Assembly (NCBI GenBank): GCA_963751215.1
Contig: CAVVTV010000025.1
Coordinates: 130,665 to 194,664 of the forward strand
Direction: 5' to 3'
DNA length: 64,000 nucleotides
Source: an uncultured Thermoleophilia bacterium
GTDB lineage: Bacteria > Actinomycetota > Thermoleophilia > UBA2241
Shown: positions 37,587 through 47,199 of the stretch, piece after piece
Numbering within the stretch: the stretch's first letter is position 1
Layout: every line of letters begins with the position of its first letter
Position numbers and translations under genes: made by a program
Notes under the pieces: generated by a model
Databases searched by the model: none
The model's input: the letters and a program-made list of their open reading frames with translations, nothing else
Told to the model about the DNA's origin: nothing

Positions 37587-38642
37587 CTAGCGGTCTCGCG
37601 AAAGCGCCCGCTTCAGCAAGGCAAACCCCTTGTCGGACGGCACGCTGACACGCACCGTGCCGGGCGCCTCCAGCGCGCTTCCGGGCCGCACGCTGACGCC
37701 CTGCCGCTCCAGTCGCTCGGCCAGATCGTCCGCTCGTTCCGCAAGCACCAGCACGAAGTTCGTCTGCGAGGGAACGACTGTGTAGCCGGCCGCCTCAAAC
37801 AGATCAGTCAGACGCTCACGACCCGCGCGCACCTGCCGGCGCGTCCACTGGCGGTGCGCGTCGTCGGCGATGGCGGCCTCCGCGGCCGCCTGCCCGAGAG
37901 TGCCAACCGAGAACGGCGGGCGGATGCGCCGCAGGAAGTCGACGATCGCCGGCGCGCCGACGAGGTAGCCGACACGCGCCCCCGCTAGACCGTAGGCCTT
38001 GGAGAGCGTGCGGGTGACGACGAGCTTGCCCGACGCCTCGCCAACCATGGTGGTAGCCTCCGGGTCGTCGACGAAGTCGATGTAGGCCTCATCGACCACG
38101 ACAAGCCGGGCGCGGCAGGTAGCGACGAACGAGCGCAACGCATCCCGCGAGACGATCGTCCCGCTAGGGTTATGCGGGTTGCAGACGAAGGCGATGTCGG
38201 CGGCAACCTGAGCCATGCCGTCGAGGTCGTGCACCCAGTCGTTCAGCGCTACCCTGGTGACCGAGGCCCCCACGATCCTCGCGGCTATGTCGTGGATGCG
38301 ATAGGCAGGATCGGCGCACACCACCGACCCGCCGCCGGCCGCGTAGGCCAGGGCGAGCAGATAGACGAGCTCGTCCGAGCCGTTGGCGACCAATATGGAC
38401 TCGGGGTCGATGTTGAGCCGAGAGCCAAGCAGACGCCGTAGGGTGCTTGCCAGGGGATCGGGATAGCGGTGTAGCCGGGCGACCGCCGACTGCAGGGCCG
38501 CCGCCACCGCGGGTGAGGCTCCGAAGGGCGACTCGTTGGAGGCGAGACAGCCGTCTTCAGCGGCCGCCGGGCGACCGGGGGTGTAGGGGTGAAGCTGTCG
38601 TACCTCGGGCCGGGGCTCCGGCACGCCGTCGGCGGCATTCAT
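37587..38642 (-). CDS. Class I/II PLP aminotransferase (HisC / histidinol-phosphate aminotransferase-like)
   Basis: LHPYTPGRP...LASNESPFG...YPDP... has the typical HisC-family N-terminus and length (351 aa). Confidence 0.8.
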   Translation of the reverse strand: MNAADGVPEPRPEVRQLHPYTPGRPAAAEDGCLASNESPFGASPAVAAALQSAVARLHRYPDPLASTLRRLLGSRLNIDPESILVANGSDELVYLLALAYAAGGGSVVCADPAYRIHDIAARIVGASVTRVALNDWVHDLDGMAQVAADIAFVCNPHNPSGTIVSRDALRSFVATCRARLVVVDEAYIDFVDDPEATTMVGEASGKLVVTRTLSKAYGLAGARVGYLVGAPAIVDFLRRIRPPFSVGTLGQAAAEAAIADDAHRQWTRRQVRAGRERLTDLFEAAGYTVVPSQTNFVLVLAERADDLAERLERQGVSVRPGSALEAPGTVRVSVPSDKGFALLKRALSRDR

Positions 38643-38654
38643 CGCGACCCGCCT

Positions 38655-40031
38655 TCAGACCGCAGACCGTGAAGCGAGCTGCTGCTTCGCCACCTTGGTG
38701 GACGCGGCGATCACGTCGAGGCTCGCGTCTACGTCGGCTTGCGTGTGCGCGGTGCTCGCGAAGAACCGCTCGAAGTTGAAGTTGTGGAAGTAGACGCCGC
38801 GCGCCTGGCACTCGGCCTGAAGATGGCTGAAGAAGGTGGTATCGCTGGCCCGCGCCTGGCGATAGCGGGTCACGGGTTCTTCGTGCCCGAAGAACACCTG
38901 CCACATGGGCCCGACCTGATTGATGACGGCAGGCACGCCCTGCTCGGCGAAGATGCCGCGCATGCCCCCCACCATGGCGTCGGCGATCATGTTGAGATGC
39001 CCGTAGACGCGCTCGCGATCGTCGATCAGGATGTCGAGCGCGGCGTTCATGCCGGCAAGGGTCAGCGGGTTGCCACTGTACGTACCGCCATGAAGAACGA
39101 CACCCTCGGTCTCGAGCTCCATGATGTCTCTGCGGCCCCCGAACGCGGCGGCCCCCGGCGTGCCGCCACCAACCGCTTTGGCCACGCAGGTGATGTCGGG
39201 AGTGACTCCGTAAAGTTCCTGGGCGCCGCCCAGCGACACGCGAAAGCCCGTGATGATCTCGTCGAAGATGAGCAGCACGCCGTGCTCGTCGCAGATGCGG
39301 CGCAGCCCTTCGAGAAAGCCGGGCTCCGGCGGGATGATGCCGGCATCGGCCAGGATGGGCTCGCTGAGCACCGCGGCGAGCTCGCCGGCGTTGCGGCTGA
39401 TCAGTTGCTCCGCGCTGTCGAGATCGTTGAAGCAGCCAACGACCACCATGTCTTCGAAGGTCCTAGGTATGCCGGCCAGCGAGGGCAGCGTGCGGGGAAA
39501 ACGCTCCGTGCCGGCGGCTTCGAGGGCCGGCATGTGCGAGAACGCGTGGCAGTCGAGAAAGCCGTTGTAGCTGCCCTCCCACTTGAGGATCTTGTCTTTG
39601 CCGGTGTAGGCACGGGCCAGCCTGATGGCCGCTTGCGTGGCCTCGGAGCCTGAGTTCGCGAAGCGGATCTGATCGATGCCCGGAACGGCCGCGACGATCT
39701 TGCGGCCCACCTCATAGTCGAGCTCGTGAGGAAACGTGTACAGCATGCCCCGCTCGTTGATCTGCCGCGTAACGGCGTCGACGATGGCCTGTGGGCGGTG
39801 CCCGAAGATCATGGGCCCGTAGCCCAGGCACCAGTCGATGTAGGCGTTGCCGTCGACGTCGAAGAAGCGGGCGCCTTCGCCACGGTCCATCACGATGGGC
39901 CGCGTGCCGATCAGGCGCGCGTAGCTACTCTCACCACCCGACACGACCTCCTTGCACTTGGCGAAGAGCGCGCGCGTCTTCTCGAGGTGACCGTCTTCGA
40001 TGAGATCGTCGTTCACGAGGGAGTCTGTCAT
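38655..40031 (-). CDS. Class III PLP aminotransferase (glutamate-1-semialdehyde aminomutase-like)
   Basis: SYARLIGTRPIVMDRGEGARFFDVDGNAYIDW...ANSGSEATQAAIRLARAYTGK is the AT-III family signature. Confidence 0.85.
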   Translation of the reverse strand: MTDSLVNDDLIEDGHLEKTRALFAKCKEVVSGGESSYARLIGTRPIVMDRGEGARFFDVDGNAYIDWCLGYGPMIFGHRPQAIVDAVTRQINERGMLYTFPHELDYEVGRKIVAAVPGIDQIRFANSGSEATQAAIRLARAYTGKDKILKWEGSYNGFLDCHAFSHMPALEAAGTERFPRTLPSLAGIPRTFEDMVVVGCFNDLDSAEQLISRNAGELAAVLSEPILADAGIIPPEPGFLEGLRRICDEHGVLLIFDEIITGFRVSLGGAQELYGVTPDITCVAKAVGGGTPGAAAFGGRRDIMELETEGVVLHGGTYSGNPLTLAGMNAALDILIDDRERVYGHLNMIADAMVGGMRGIFAEQGVPAVINQVGPMWQVFFGHEEPVTRYRQARASDTTFFSHLQAECQARGVYFHNFNFERFFASTAHTQADVDASLDVIAASTKVAKQQLASRSAV

Positions 40032-40080
40032 TGCGGCTCATGGCTCCTTTACGATTGACCGAGACATGTGCGGACGACGT

Positions 40081-41427
40081 TCAGCCGCCGCGCCTGTCGT
40101 CTACGCGGTGACACGCGGTCTTCCCCTGGCCGCTCGTCATGCGCGGCAGCGAGAGGGGTTCCGCCAGCTCAACCCGGGGAGTGACGCCTACCGTGGCCTT
40201 CGTGGCCGCGGCCACCTTCTTGGCGAAGATGTCCCTGGCCTCGTCGCTGAGCTCGCCGAGACCGATGACCTCGACCTGCAGGGTCAGCCGATCGAGGTTG
40301 TTGACGCTGTCGACGACCAGGCAGAAGTTGTTGCCGATCTCGTCGAACCCGACGAGCACTTCTTCGATCTGGCTGGGGAAGACGATCAACCCGCCGATCG
40401 AGAGGGCATCGTCGCTGCGCCCCGTGATACGCCCTATGCGCGGGTGCGTTCGCCCGCACGGGCACGGCTCCCAGGTGAGCGACGAGATGTCGTGGCTGCG
40501 GTAGCGGATCATGGCCATAGAGTCGCTGGTGAGCGACGTCCATACCAGCTCACCCGGTTGGCCGTCGGCAACCCACTCACCGGTCTCGGGGTCGATGCAC
40601 TCCACCAGCAGGTGGTCAGACCACACATGCATGCCCTGCTTGGTGGGGCACTCGCAGGCCATCCCGGGGCCGAGGAACTCGCCCATACCGTACTCGTTAA
40701 AGGCGTCGACGCCGAGCGCGTTCGCAAGGCGCTGGCGGCCGGATTCCGGCCACGGTTCGGCGCCGAAGAGGCCAACGCGCAAGCGCGAGTCACGGCGCAG
40801 GTCGATACCGCGCGCGAGCGCCTTGTCGGCCAGGAACAGCGCGTAGGAGGGCGTCGTGCACAGAGCGGTCACGCCGAGGTCGACGATGAGGTCGATGAGC
40901 AGCTCGTGGCGGCCGATGCCGGCCGGGACGACACCGATGCCGGCCCTCTGGGCGCCGTACTGAAGGCCGACGCTGGTGGCAAGGCCGTAGGCGAAGCAGT
41001 TCTGCAGAAGGTCGCCCGGGCGCAGGCCGACCATCCATAGGGAACGAGCGTTGCGCAGCGCCCAGGCGTCCATGTCGTGCCGGGAGGCCCAGATGGGCGT
41101 GGGCTTGCCGGTTGTGCCGGAGGTGCTGTGCACCTCGATGATGGTCTCGAGGCCGCACGTGCGCAGACCGTCAGGATAGGTCTCACGCAGAGTCGCCTTC
41201 TCGAGAAACGGCAGGTTCACGACGTCGCCCAGCGCGCGAATGTCCGCGGGCACGACGCCTGCCGCACGACACATCTCACGGTACGTGGCGCTGCACTCGT
41301 ACGCCACGGCCACCTGACGCTTGAGACGCTCGAGTTGCAGCGCCCGCAGGGCGTCGCAGTCGAGCCTCTCGAGCCCAGGGTCGAAACAGACGCTCTGATC
41401 GACCGCGGTGCTTGCCGTCGTGCTCAT
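40081..41427 (-). CDS. Phenylacetate-CoA ligase family protein (PaaK / coenzyme F390 synthetase-like)
   Basis: ATG at 41427 overlaps the iorB stop (ATGA). STSGTTGKPT is the AMP-binding P-loop, and the family is collinear to the C-terminus. Confidence 0.85.
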   Translation of the reverse strand: MSTTASTAVDQSVCFDPGLERLDCDALRALQLERLKRQVAVAYECSATYREMCRAAGVVPADIRALGDVVNLPFLEKATLRETYPDGLRTCGLETIIEVHSTSGTTGKPTPIWASRHDMDAWALRNARSLWMVGLRPGDLLQNCFAYGLATSVGLQYGAQRAGIGVVPAGIGRHELLIDLIVDLGVTALCTTPSYALFLADKALARGIDLRRDSRLRVGLFGAEPWPESGRQRLANALGVDAFNEYGMGEFLGPGMACECPTKQGMHVWSDHLLVECIDPETGEWVADGQPGELVWTSLTSDSMAMIRYRSHDISSLTWEPCPCGRTHPRIGRITGRSDDALSIGGLIVFPSQIEEVLVGFDEIGNNFCLVVDSVNNLDRLTLQVEVIGLGELSDEARDIFAKKVAAATKATVGVTPRVELAEPLSLPRMTSGQGKTACHRVDDRRGG

Positions 41428-42170
41428 GACCCGGCCTCCCCCATTCCGGCCTCCCCCATTCCGGCCTCCCCCGAGACGGCTGCTCCCGAGACGGCTGCTC
41501 CCGCGCGTACGGCGACCGCCTCGCGACCCGCGCCGAAGGCGGCGAGATTCATCTGCAGCCATCTCGCCGGTACGTTTCTCTGGATGGCCTGCTCCCAGGT
41601 CTCGGCCGCGAAGCTCAGGTAGGCCGAGAGCGCGCCGACCAAAACGACGCCCGCGACCTTGACGCCGCCGGCGGCCTCGGCGATTGCGTTGCCCTCGACC
41701 GCGACGACCGTGCGGCTGCCGTCGTTCATGCGCGCAATGGCGTCGCACGGATAGCTGAAGTCGCCTTGCGAAGCCAATGGCGGCACGATCTGCAGAGTGT
41801 TGACGATAGCCACGCCGGCGCGCCTGACCGAGACCGCGAAGCGCAGGCCCTCGGCGGCTTCGAAGGCCAGAAGATAGTCGACCTCTCCGGGGCTGATGGA
41901 GGGCGCCACCACCTTCCGCCCGATCCTGATGTGCGAGCAGACGCTGCCGCCGCGCTGCGACATGCCACGCGTCTCGCTGAGCTTCACGTCGAGGCCACCG
42001 TGGAGCAGCGCCGTATCGGCGATGATGGCGGCGGCCATGATCACGCCCTGCCCACCAACACCGACCACCATGACGTTGTCGATGAGGCCTTCGGCATAGT
42101 GGCGGTCGGCCGGCCGGCCGGTGCTGCCGGCGGCCGGACGGTCGGCGGGCGTCGTCGCCTGGCGGTTCAT
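41424..42170 (-). CDS. iorB: Indolepyruvate:ferredoxin oxidoreductase beta subunit, with a repetitive C-terminal tail
   Basis: VMVVGVGGQGVIMAAAIIADTALLHGGLDVKLSETRGMSQRGGSV is the IorB signature. The start overlaps the iorA stop. The tail reads AGAAVSGAAVSGEAGMGEAGMGEAGS. Confidence 0.8.
   Translation of the reverse strand: MNRQATTPADRPAAGSTGRPADRHYAEGLIDNVMVVGVGGQGVIMAAAIIADTALLHGGLDVKLSETRGMSQRGGSVCSHIRIGRKVVAPSISPGEVDYLLAFEAAEGLRFAVSVRRAGVAIVNTLQIVPPLASQGDFSYPCDAIARMNDGSRTVVAVEGNAIAEAAGGVKVAGVVLVGALSAYLSFAAETWEQAIQRNVPARWLQMNLAAFGAGREAVAVRAGAAVSGAAVSGEAGMGEAGMGEAGS
41432..41500. repeat. Two 15-bp tandem repeat families (CCGGCCTCCCCCATT about 2.8 copies; GAGACGGCTGCTCCC 2 copies) inside the 3' end of iorB
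   Basis: Seen directly in the sequence. They stay in frame and encode the GEAGM/AAVSG peptide repeats. Confidence 0.6.
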
Positions 42171-44005
42171 GCCACACCGGCCTTTGTGATGGCACCGGGT
42201 TTGCACAGTTGCGCGCACAGCGAGCAGCCGGTGCAGGTGTCGGGCGCGATCTCCACCTTGTGGCGGTTCTTGTGCGTCGCCGCGGAGTGACTGAGCGACG
42301 GGCAGCCGAGCTTCAGGCACTGCTGGCAGGCGTTGCACAGCTCTTCGTCGACCTCGAAGTGGCCGTCGCCGGGCACCTTGCGCGGGAAGAGCATGCAGGG
42401 CCGGTTGGTGACGATCACCGCGGGGCCATCGCAGGCGAGACCGGCCCTGAGGGCCGCCAGGCAGGCCTGGTAGTCGTAAGGGTCGACGGTCTCGATGTGT
42501 TCCACACCCAGCGCGCGGCAGATGGCTACGAGGTCGACCGGTCTGGTGTCCGCTCCGGCGAGCGTCTTCTCGTTACCAGGGTTGGTCTGGCCGCCGGTCA
42601 TCGCCGTGATGCCGTTGTTCTGGATGAGCACCGTGACGTTGGCACGCTGGTGTACCGCATTGAGAAGGCCGGTGAGACCGCTATGCAGGAAGGTGGAATC
42701 GCCGATCACGGCCACCGAACCCGTGGCGCTGCCGCCGGCCCGCCAGAACCCCTGGTCGATGGGTATGCTGGCCCCCATCTCGAAGGCGGAGTGCATATGG
42801 CTCACCGGCGGCAGGCTCGTGAGGTCGTAGCAGCCAATGTCGCCGTGCACATCGAGGTCGAGCTTCTTCATGGCGGTCGCCATGCCGCGATGAGGGCAGC
42901 CGGTGCACAGCACCGGCGGGCGCGGAATGACACTCGCATCCTCCGCGGCCTTCTCGTGGGTCCAGCGCGGCAGATCGAGGCCGGCGGCACGGAACCCGTA
43001 ACCCACGCGCGCCGGCGAGAGCTCGCCCCATTGTGGGAACCAGCGTTTGCCCTCGCAGGCGATGCCGGCCGCCAGGATCTGCTCTTCGAGGTAGGGCTCG
43101 AGCTCCTCGACGACGAAGAGTCGATCAACCCCCGCGGCGAAACGGCGGATGGCCGCGATGGGCAGCGGATGGATGATGCCGAGCTTGAGAAACGTCGCGC
43201 CGGGCAAGGCCTCCTTGGCGCTCATGTAGGCGGCGCCCGCCGCAACCACGCCGATGCGCGCCGTTCCGCCGCCCGCCGTACCGTGGCCGCGCAGCGGCAC
43301 CCGGCCGCCGCCGTCCGGCAGCTCCACGCGGGCCAGGGCGCTCGCCTCGGAGTAGGCGCGCAAGCGCTCGAAGCGCTCGAGCAGGCTGATGTGCATGGGG
43401 CGCGAGAATCGCGGCAGCATGCAGTACTTCTCGGTCTTGCGGTCGGGCGGCCGCCGCTCGGGCGCGGGGCGCATGTCACCCTCTTGGTTCACCGTGACGA
43501 CAGACTTCTGATGCGCCGTTTGAATGCTCATGCGCACCATAACGGGCACGTCGTAGGTCTCACTGAGCTCGTAGGCCAACTTGACGAACTCGTAGCATTC
43601 CTGGCTGTCTGCCGGCTCCAGCATGGGCATGCTGGCGATGCGGCCGAAGTAGCGGTCGTCCTGCTCGGTCATGCCACTGGCCATGCCGGGGTCGCCCGCC
43701 AGACAGACCACGAGCCCGGCGTTGATGCCCGTGTAGACGGAGGTGATGAGGGGGTCGGCCGCCACGCTGGCGCCCGCACTCTTCATGGCTGTGAGCGCAC
43801 GGGCACCGCCCATGGCAGCACCGAAGGCGACCTCGTAGGCCACCTTCTCGTTGGTGGACCATTCGGCGTAGACGCCCTTGTAGGCGGCGAGGTTAGTGAC
43901 GATCTCGGTGCTCGGCGTGCCCGGGTAGGCGGCCGCGACACGCACTCCAGATTCCCAGGCGCCGCGCGCCAGGGCCTCGTTGCCGAGCATCAACACCGCT
44001 GTCAT
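42167..44005 (-). CDS. iorA: Indolepyruvate:ferredoxin oxidoreductase alpha subunit
   Basis: The 612-aa translation has an N-terminal TPP/PFOR-like domain (LMLGNEALARGAWESGVRVAAAYPGTPSTEI) and two ferredoxin Cys motifs at the C-terminus (CNACQQCLKLGCP, CTGCSLCAQLCKP). Confidence 0.9.
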   Translation of the reverse strand: MTAVLMLGNEALARGAWESGVRVAAAYPGTPSTEIVTNLAAYKGVYAEWSTNEKVAYEVAFGAAMGGARALTAMKSAGASVAADPLITSVYTGINAGLVVCLAGDPGMASGMTEQDDRYFGRIASMPMLEPADSQECYEFVKLAYELSETYDVPVMVRMSIQTAHQKSVVTVNQEGDMRPAPERRPPDRKTEKYCMLPRFSRPMHISLLERFERLRAYSEASALARVELPDGGGRVPLRGHGTAGGGTARIGVVAAGAAYMSAKEALPGATFLKLGIIHPLPIAAIRRFAAGVDRLFVVEELEPYLEEQILAAGIACEGKRWFPQWGELSPARVGYGFRAAGLDLPRWTHEKAAEDASVIPRPPVLCTGCPHRGMATAMKKLDLDVHGDIGCYDLTSLPPVSHMHSAFEMGASIPIDQGFWRAGGSATGSVAVIGDSTFLHSGLTGLLNAVHQRANVTVLIQNNGITAMTGGQTNPGNEKTLAGADTRPVDLVAICRALGVEHIETVDPYDYQACLAALRAGLACDGPAVIVTNRPCMLFPRKVPGDGHFEVDEELCNACQQCLKLGCPSLSHSAATHKNRHKVEIAPDTCTGCSLCAQLCKPGAITKAGVA

Positions 44006-44479
44006 GGAGCTCCTCCCCTACCGGTGTGTGGGGTTGTCTGCGGCTGGCTTGCCAGCGGGCCTGACCGCGGCTGGCTTTGACGTAGCTGGCTTGCCGGCGG
44101 CGGACGGCCGCACGCGCCGGTGACGCGAACGGTCGGTCGCCCGGGCTGGACGGGCGCCGTCTACACTTCAGTCAAACGGAAGTGCCTGAGCAATACAAGC
44201 CGCCTCGGCGATGCGGCCACGGATCGGCCCCCAGGGCCCGCCCGGCGACCACCGCTCAATGAACTCGTCGCCACGGCGCACGGCCTCTTGAGCCGGTTGA
44301 ACGCCGACGCCCCCGTGTCGGACAGCAGTCGCCTGCTCACACAGCGGCGATCCCGCCGGCTGCCCCACGCCAGCCCACGCGCTCTGGAGTGTGACTAGCA
44401 CACGGCGACCCACGCGAGGGGGCCGGGGCGGGAGGGTCTGCACGGCCCTCCATCCCCGGCCCCCGCCTCCGCCCGCCGT

Positions 44480-44989
44480 TCAGACCAGCGTGGCCAGCAG
44501 CCGGTCGAGGGCCTCGTAACTCTGGCTCATGCCATGCGCCATGCCCGAGCTCAGCATGCCGTCGCGCTCCTGCCCGGTGTGGAACTGCGACGTGACGACG
44601 ACCCGCGTGCGGCCGCCACCGAGATCCTGGAGCTCCGCCGTGTTGATGGCGACGTACCCAGGCATGCCGTCCCACTCGAACGTCTGCACGATGCGCTCCG
44701 GCGGGGTCACTTCGCGAAAGCGGCCCTCGAAGCCCGAGAAGCCCTCGGGGCCGTGCTCGACGAAGCGCCAGTGCCCGCCGCGCTCGACCTCGAGCCGCTC
44801 GATGTCGAGCTCGTTGCCGCGGCCCCACCACTGGGCGACTAGCTCCGGCTCGGTGTACGCGCGCCACACGAGCTCCCGTGGCGCCTCGAAGATGCGCTCG
44901 ATGCGGATCTCCCGCGGCGCCGGCGTGGTCACTATCATCTCGCCCACGGGCTCGGGCTCCGGCTTTCTCAAAGGTGTGCTCATGATCAA
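44480..44989 (-). CDS. SRPBCC family protein (Aha1/AHSA1-like activator-of-Hsp90 fold)
   Basis: REIRIERIFEAPRELVWRAYTEPELVAQWWG is the typical AHSA1 N-terminus. Confidence 0.8.
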   Translation of the reverse strand: MIMSTPLRKPEPEPVGEMIVTTPAPREIRIERIFEAPRELVWRAYTEPELVAQWWGRGNELDIERLEVERGGHWRFVEHGPEGFSGFEGRFREVTPPERIVQTFEWDGMPGYVAINTAELQDLGGGRTRVVVTSQFHTGQERDGMLSSGMAHGMSQSYEALDRLLATLV

Positions 44990-45318
44990 GATCCTTTCTG
45001 CTTCTCCAGGAAGTCACCCAGCCGGTCTAGCCGAGCCTCCAGCATCTCCCGGTAGGTGGCGATCCAAAGCGTTTCGTCGTCGAGCCGGCGCGGGCCCAGC
45101 GTGCAGAGGCGTACCCGGCCGGCCTTCACGGTGGTCACCAACCCTGCCAGCTCGAGGATCCGTACGTGCTTCTTGATACCCGTGAGCGTCATCCCATAGG
45201 CGGCGGCGAGCTCACCGATGGAGGCGTCCTGCCGCCCCAGCCGTTCGAGTATGCCCCGGCGGGTGGGGTCGGAGAGCGCCGCGAACGCGGAATCGAGTTG
45301 ACCAGAATACTGAACCAT
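44986..45318 (-). CDS. ArsR/SmtB family transcriptional regulator
   Basis: LSDPTRRGILERL...ELAAAYGMTLTGIKKHVRILELAGLV is the HTH_5 signature. Start at ATG 45318. Confidence 0.85.
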   Translation of the reverse strand: MVQYSGQLDSAFAALSDPTRRGILERLGRQDASIGELAAAYGMTLTGIKKHVRILELAGLVTTVKAGRVRLCTLGPRRLDDETLWIATYREMLEARLDRLGDFLEKQKGS

Positions 45319-45333
45319 GCAGTTCAGTATTCT
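45304..45333. promoter_or_regulatory. Perfect 12-bp inverted repeat AGAATACTGAAC-catgca-GTTCAGTATTCT spanning the ArsR start codon: putative autoregulatory operator
   Basis: Seen directly in the sequence. ArsR-family repressors typically bind 12-2-12-type palindromes that overlap their own promoter. Confidence 0.5.
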
Positions 45334-45931
45334 CCGGGCGCGCGGTCGGCAAACACGTAGCAGCGGGAATGCATCACCGATGCGGGTCGTTTCAGCGTGG
45401 TCATGCTGCTTTGCCGGCGCCTCTGGGCCTACCCGACGGCGATTGCCGTCTTCGCCGCTTTCGGTGTCTACCAGGTCTACCAGTACACCTTCTCGCACTC
45501 ACCGTTCTGGACGCCGTGGTCATCACGCTTACGACGTGGGAGTACCGGATACTGACCGGGCACAACGCACGGCCTTGGCCACTACCCGGGCCCAGATTGA
45601 CGTAGGTGAGACTGACGTGAACGATCCCGAAGCCCTTCTCGAGAATCTCGACCAGCAGCGCGCCCGAATTCTGCGCAAAGGGATCCACCTGCGGCGGATG
45701 AATCGCCCAGACAATGCCTGGAATCTGCTGTGCGACCACCGCGGCAAGACCCGCGAGTGAGAGTCCAGAGACAAGCCAACCGGGCATGGGTGCCACCCTC
45801 CACTCCATTTAGTGCACCGCTCATGGCCTGCGGGGACTGCGATCTGAACTTCCTACGGAGACGCTAGGACGCGTCGGGCTGACGCGATTGTCTCCCTTGA
45901 CCGCCAGCGGCCCGGTGGTAGCCTCGCGGCG

Positions 45932-46387
45932 TCAGCCAGGTCCCTGGCTGGCAGCCCCAACCGGCGTCGCAGCCGCAACTTCAATCGCCGCGCCCCCGAG
46001 GACAGCCCCATCGACAGCGCACTGCACAACGTACCGACCTTCGGAGGCGAATTGCGGCTGCGCCGGCACCGCGACCTGAAAGCGCTGCGATACGCCGGCG
46101 CGCATGCCGACGGGCCGACCGACCTCAAACTCCCCGCCGGCAAGATGCGTCACGTGGCCGCCGTCGGCATCAAGCACGTCAATGCTCAAGCGCAGCTTCT
46201 TGTTGGTCATGCTCCACGGCACGCTGATACCGACGGCCACCGCGAACGGTGCCGCCGGAGGGCCGGGCAAGTGAGGCACGAGCAGCCTGTCCCAACCTCC
46301 GCCAAGCAGATAGAGCTTGCCGCCGACCGCCTCGGCAGCATCGGAGACAAGAAGGTAGTCGAGCCTCAATTCGTCAGGATCCCTCAT
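45932..46387 (-). CDS. Hypothetical protein
   Basis: ATG at 46387. GC3 is high. No family was recognised. Confidence 0.4.
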   Translation of the reverse strand: MRDPDELRLDYLLVSDAAEAVGGKLYLLGGGWDRLLVPHLPGPPAAPFAVAVGISVPWSMTNKKLRLSIDVLDADGGHVTHLAGGEFEVGRPVGMRAGVSQRFQVAVPAQPQFASEGRYVVQCAVDGAVLGGAAIEVAAATPVGAASQGPG

Positions 46388-46546
46388 GGTTTGACCCCGC
46401 CGCGTCGATGTCATACATTGTATGACACATCATACACTCGTTCGTGACTCGGGCAAGCGATGGTCACGATCCATGCCCTCGAGTAGGACGAAAGAAGCGA
46501 GGATCACATCGCAGAGCACGGGCTAAGTGTTGCACAAGTCAACCAG

Positions 46547-46744
46547 GTGGTCGCCAACGATCATGTCATCGTCAGAAACCGCCGCCACAGGCGGGCACAG
46601 TACCTCATGATCGGCCGTACGCACGGTGGCGATTCCCTTACCGTGGCGCTACGACGCACAAAAGACCCGGGCATATGGCGTGTCGCGACCGCCTACCCGG
46701 CAAGCGATGCGCAGCGCGCAGTTCTCCGTGACAACGTGAGATGA
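46547..46744 (+). CDS. BrnT-like (DUF497) toxin, apparently N-terminally truncated or lacking a canonical start
   Basis: RRAQYLMIGRTHGGDSLTVALRRTKDPGIWRVATAYPASDAQRA resembles the BrnT core. An in-frame upstream extension from 46487 (DHIAEHGLSVAQVNQVV...) continues the BrnT-like N-terminus, but it has no ATG/GTG/TTG before the GTG at 46547. Confidence 0.5.
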   Translation: MVANDHVIVRNRRHRRAQYLMIGRTHGGDSLTVALRRTKDPGIWRVATAYPASDAQRAVLRDNVR

Positions 46745-46763
46745 CGCGACTAGAGGAGCGGTC

Positions 46764-47099
46764 ATGAATCAGCGCAAACCGCGCAAGGACAGCCCGGAAG
46801 ACTACGAAGTGGTGAGCGTCAACCGCGGCCGGCTGCCCGGAGGCGTTGTGTCCGTGCGGCTCAAGCCCGACGAGATGGAGCTGCTCGCGGCTCTGTCGGA
46901 GACTAGCGGCAGAACGCTGTCAGAGACGCTTCGTCTCGGGCTCCGGTGTCTCGGCCAACGGCCCGGCCTTGCCGGTACCGGCAAGGCCCCATCTCTGCGG
47001 GCCGATACGAGAGCATCCGCCTTGATCATCGAGAATACAGCACAGCCACAAGGGTGGAGCCAGCCAAACCCCGCTCGTCCGGCGCTCGTGGTCGAGTAG
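46764..47099 (+). CDS. BrnA-like ribbon-helix-helix antitoxin
   Basis: It lies downstream of the toxin gene, as in the brnTA arrangement. VVSVRLKPDEMELLAALSETSGRTLSETLRLGL is an RHH motif. Confidence 0.5.
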   Translation: MNQRKPRKDSPEDYEVVSVNRGRLPGGVVSVRLKPDEMELLAALSETSGRTLSETLRLGLRCLGQRPGLAGTGKAPSLRADTRASALIIENTAQPQGWSQPNPARPALVVE

Positions 47100-47199
47100 A
47101 GCGCGGGGTCGTTGCGGCCAGGGCCGCGACGGCAGTCTCGCAGGCCTGCCTTCCGGGCACGTGAGCGGTTGGGTCATTCAAGCTGGAAGGAAGGATCAT

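Noticed and set aside
45401-45808. A possible small membrane protein gene upstream of arsR
   Set aside because: The hydrophobic N-terminus is suggestive, but the ORF degenerates into an Arg-rich tail. It has no RBS and no family support, so it is left unannotated.
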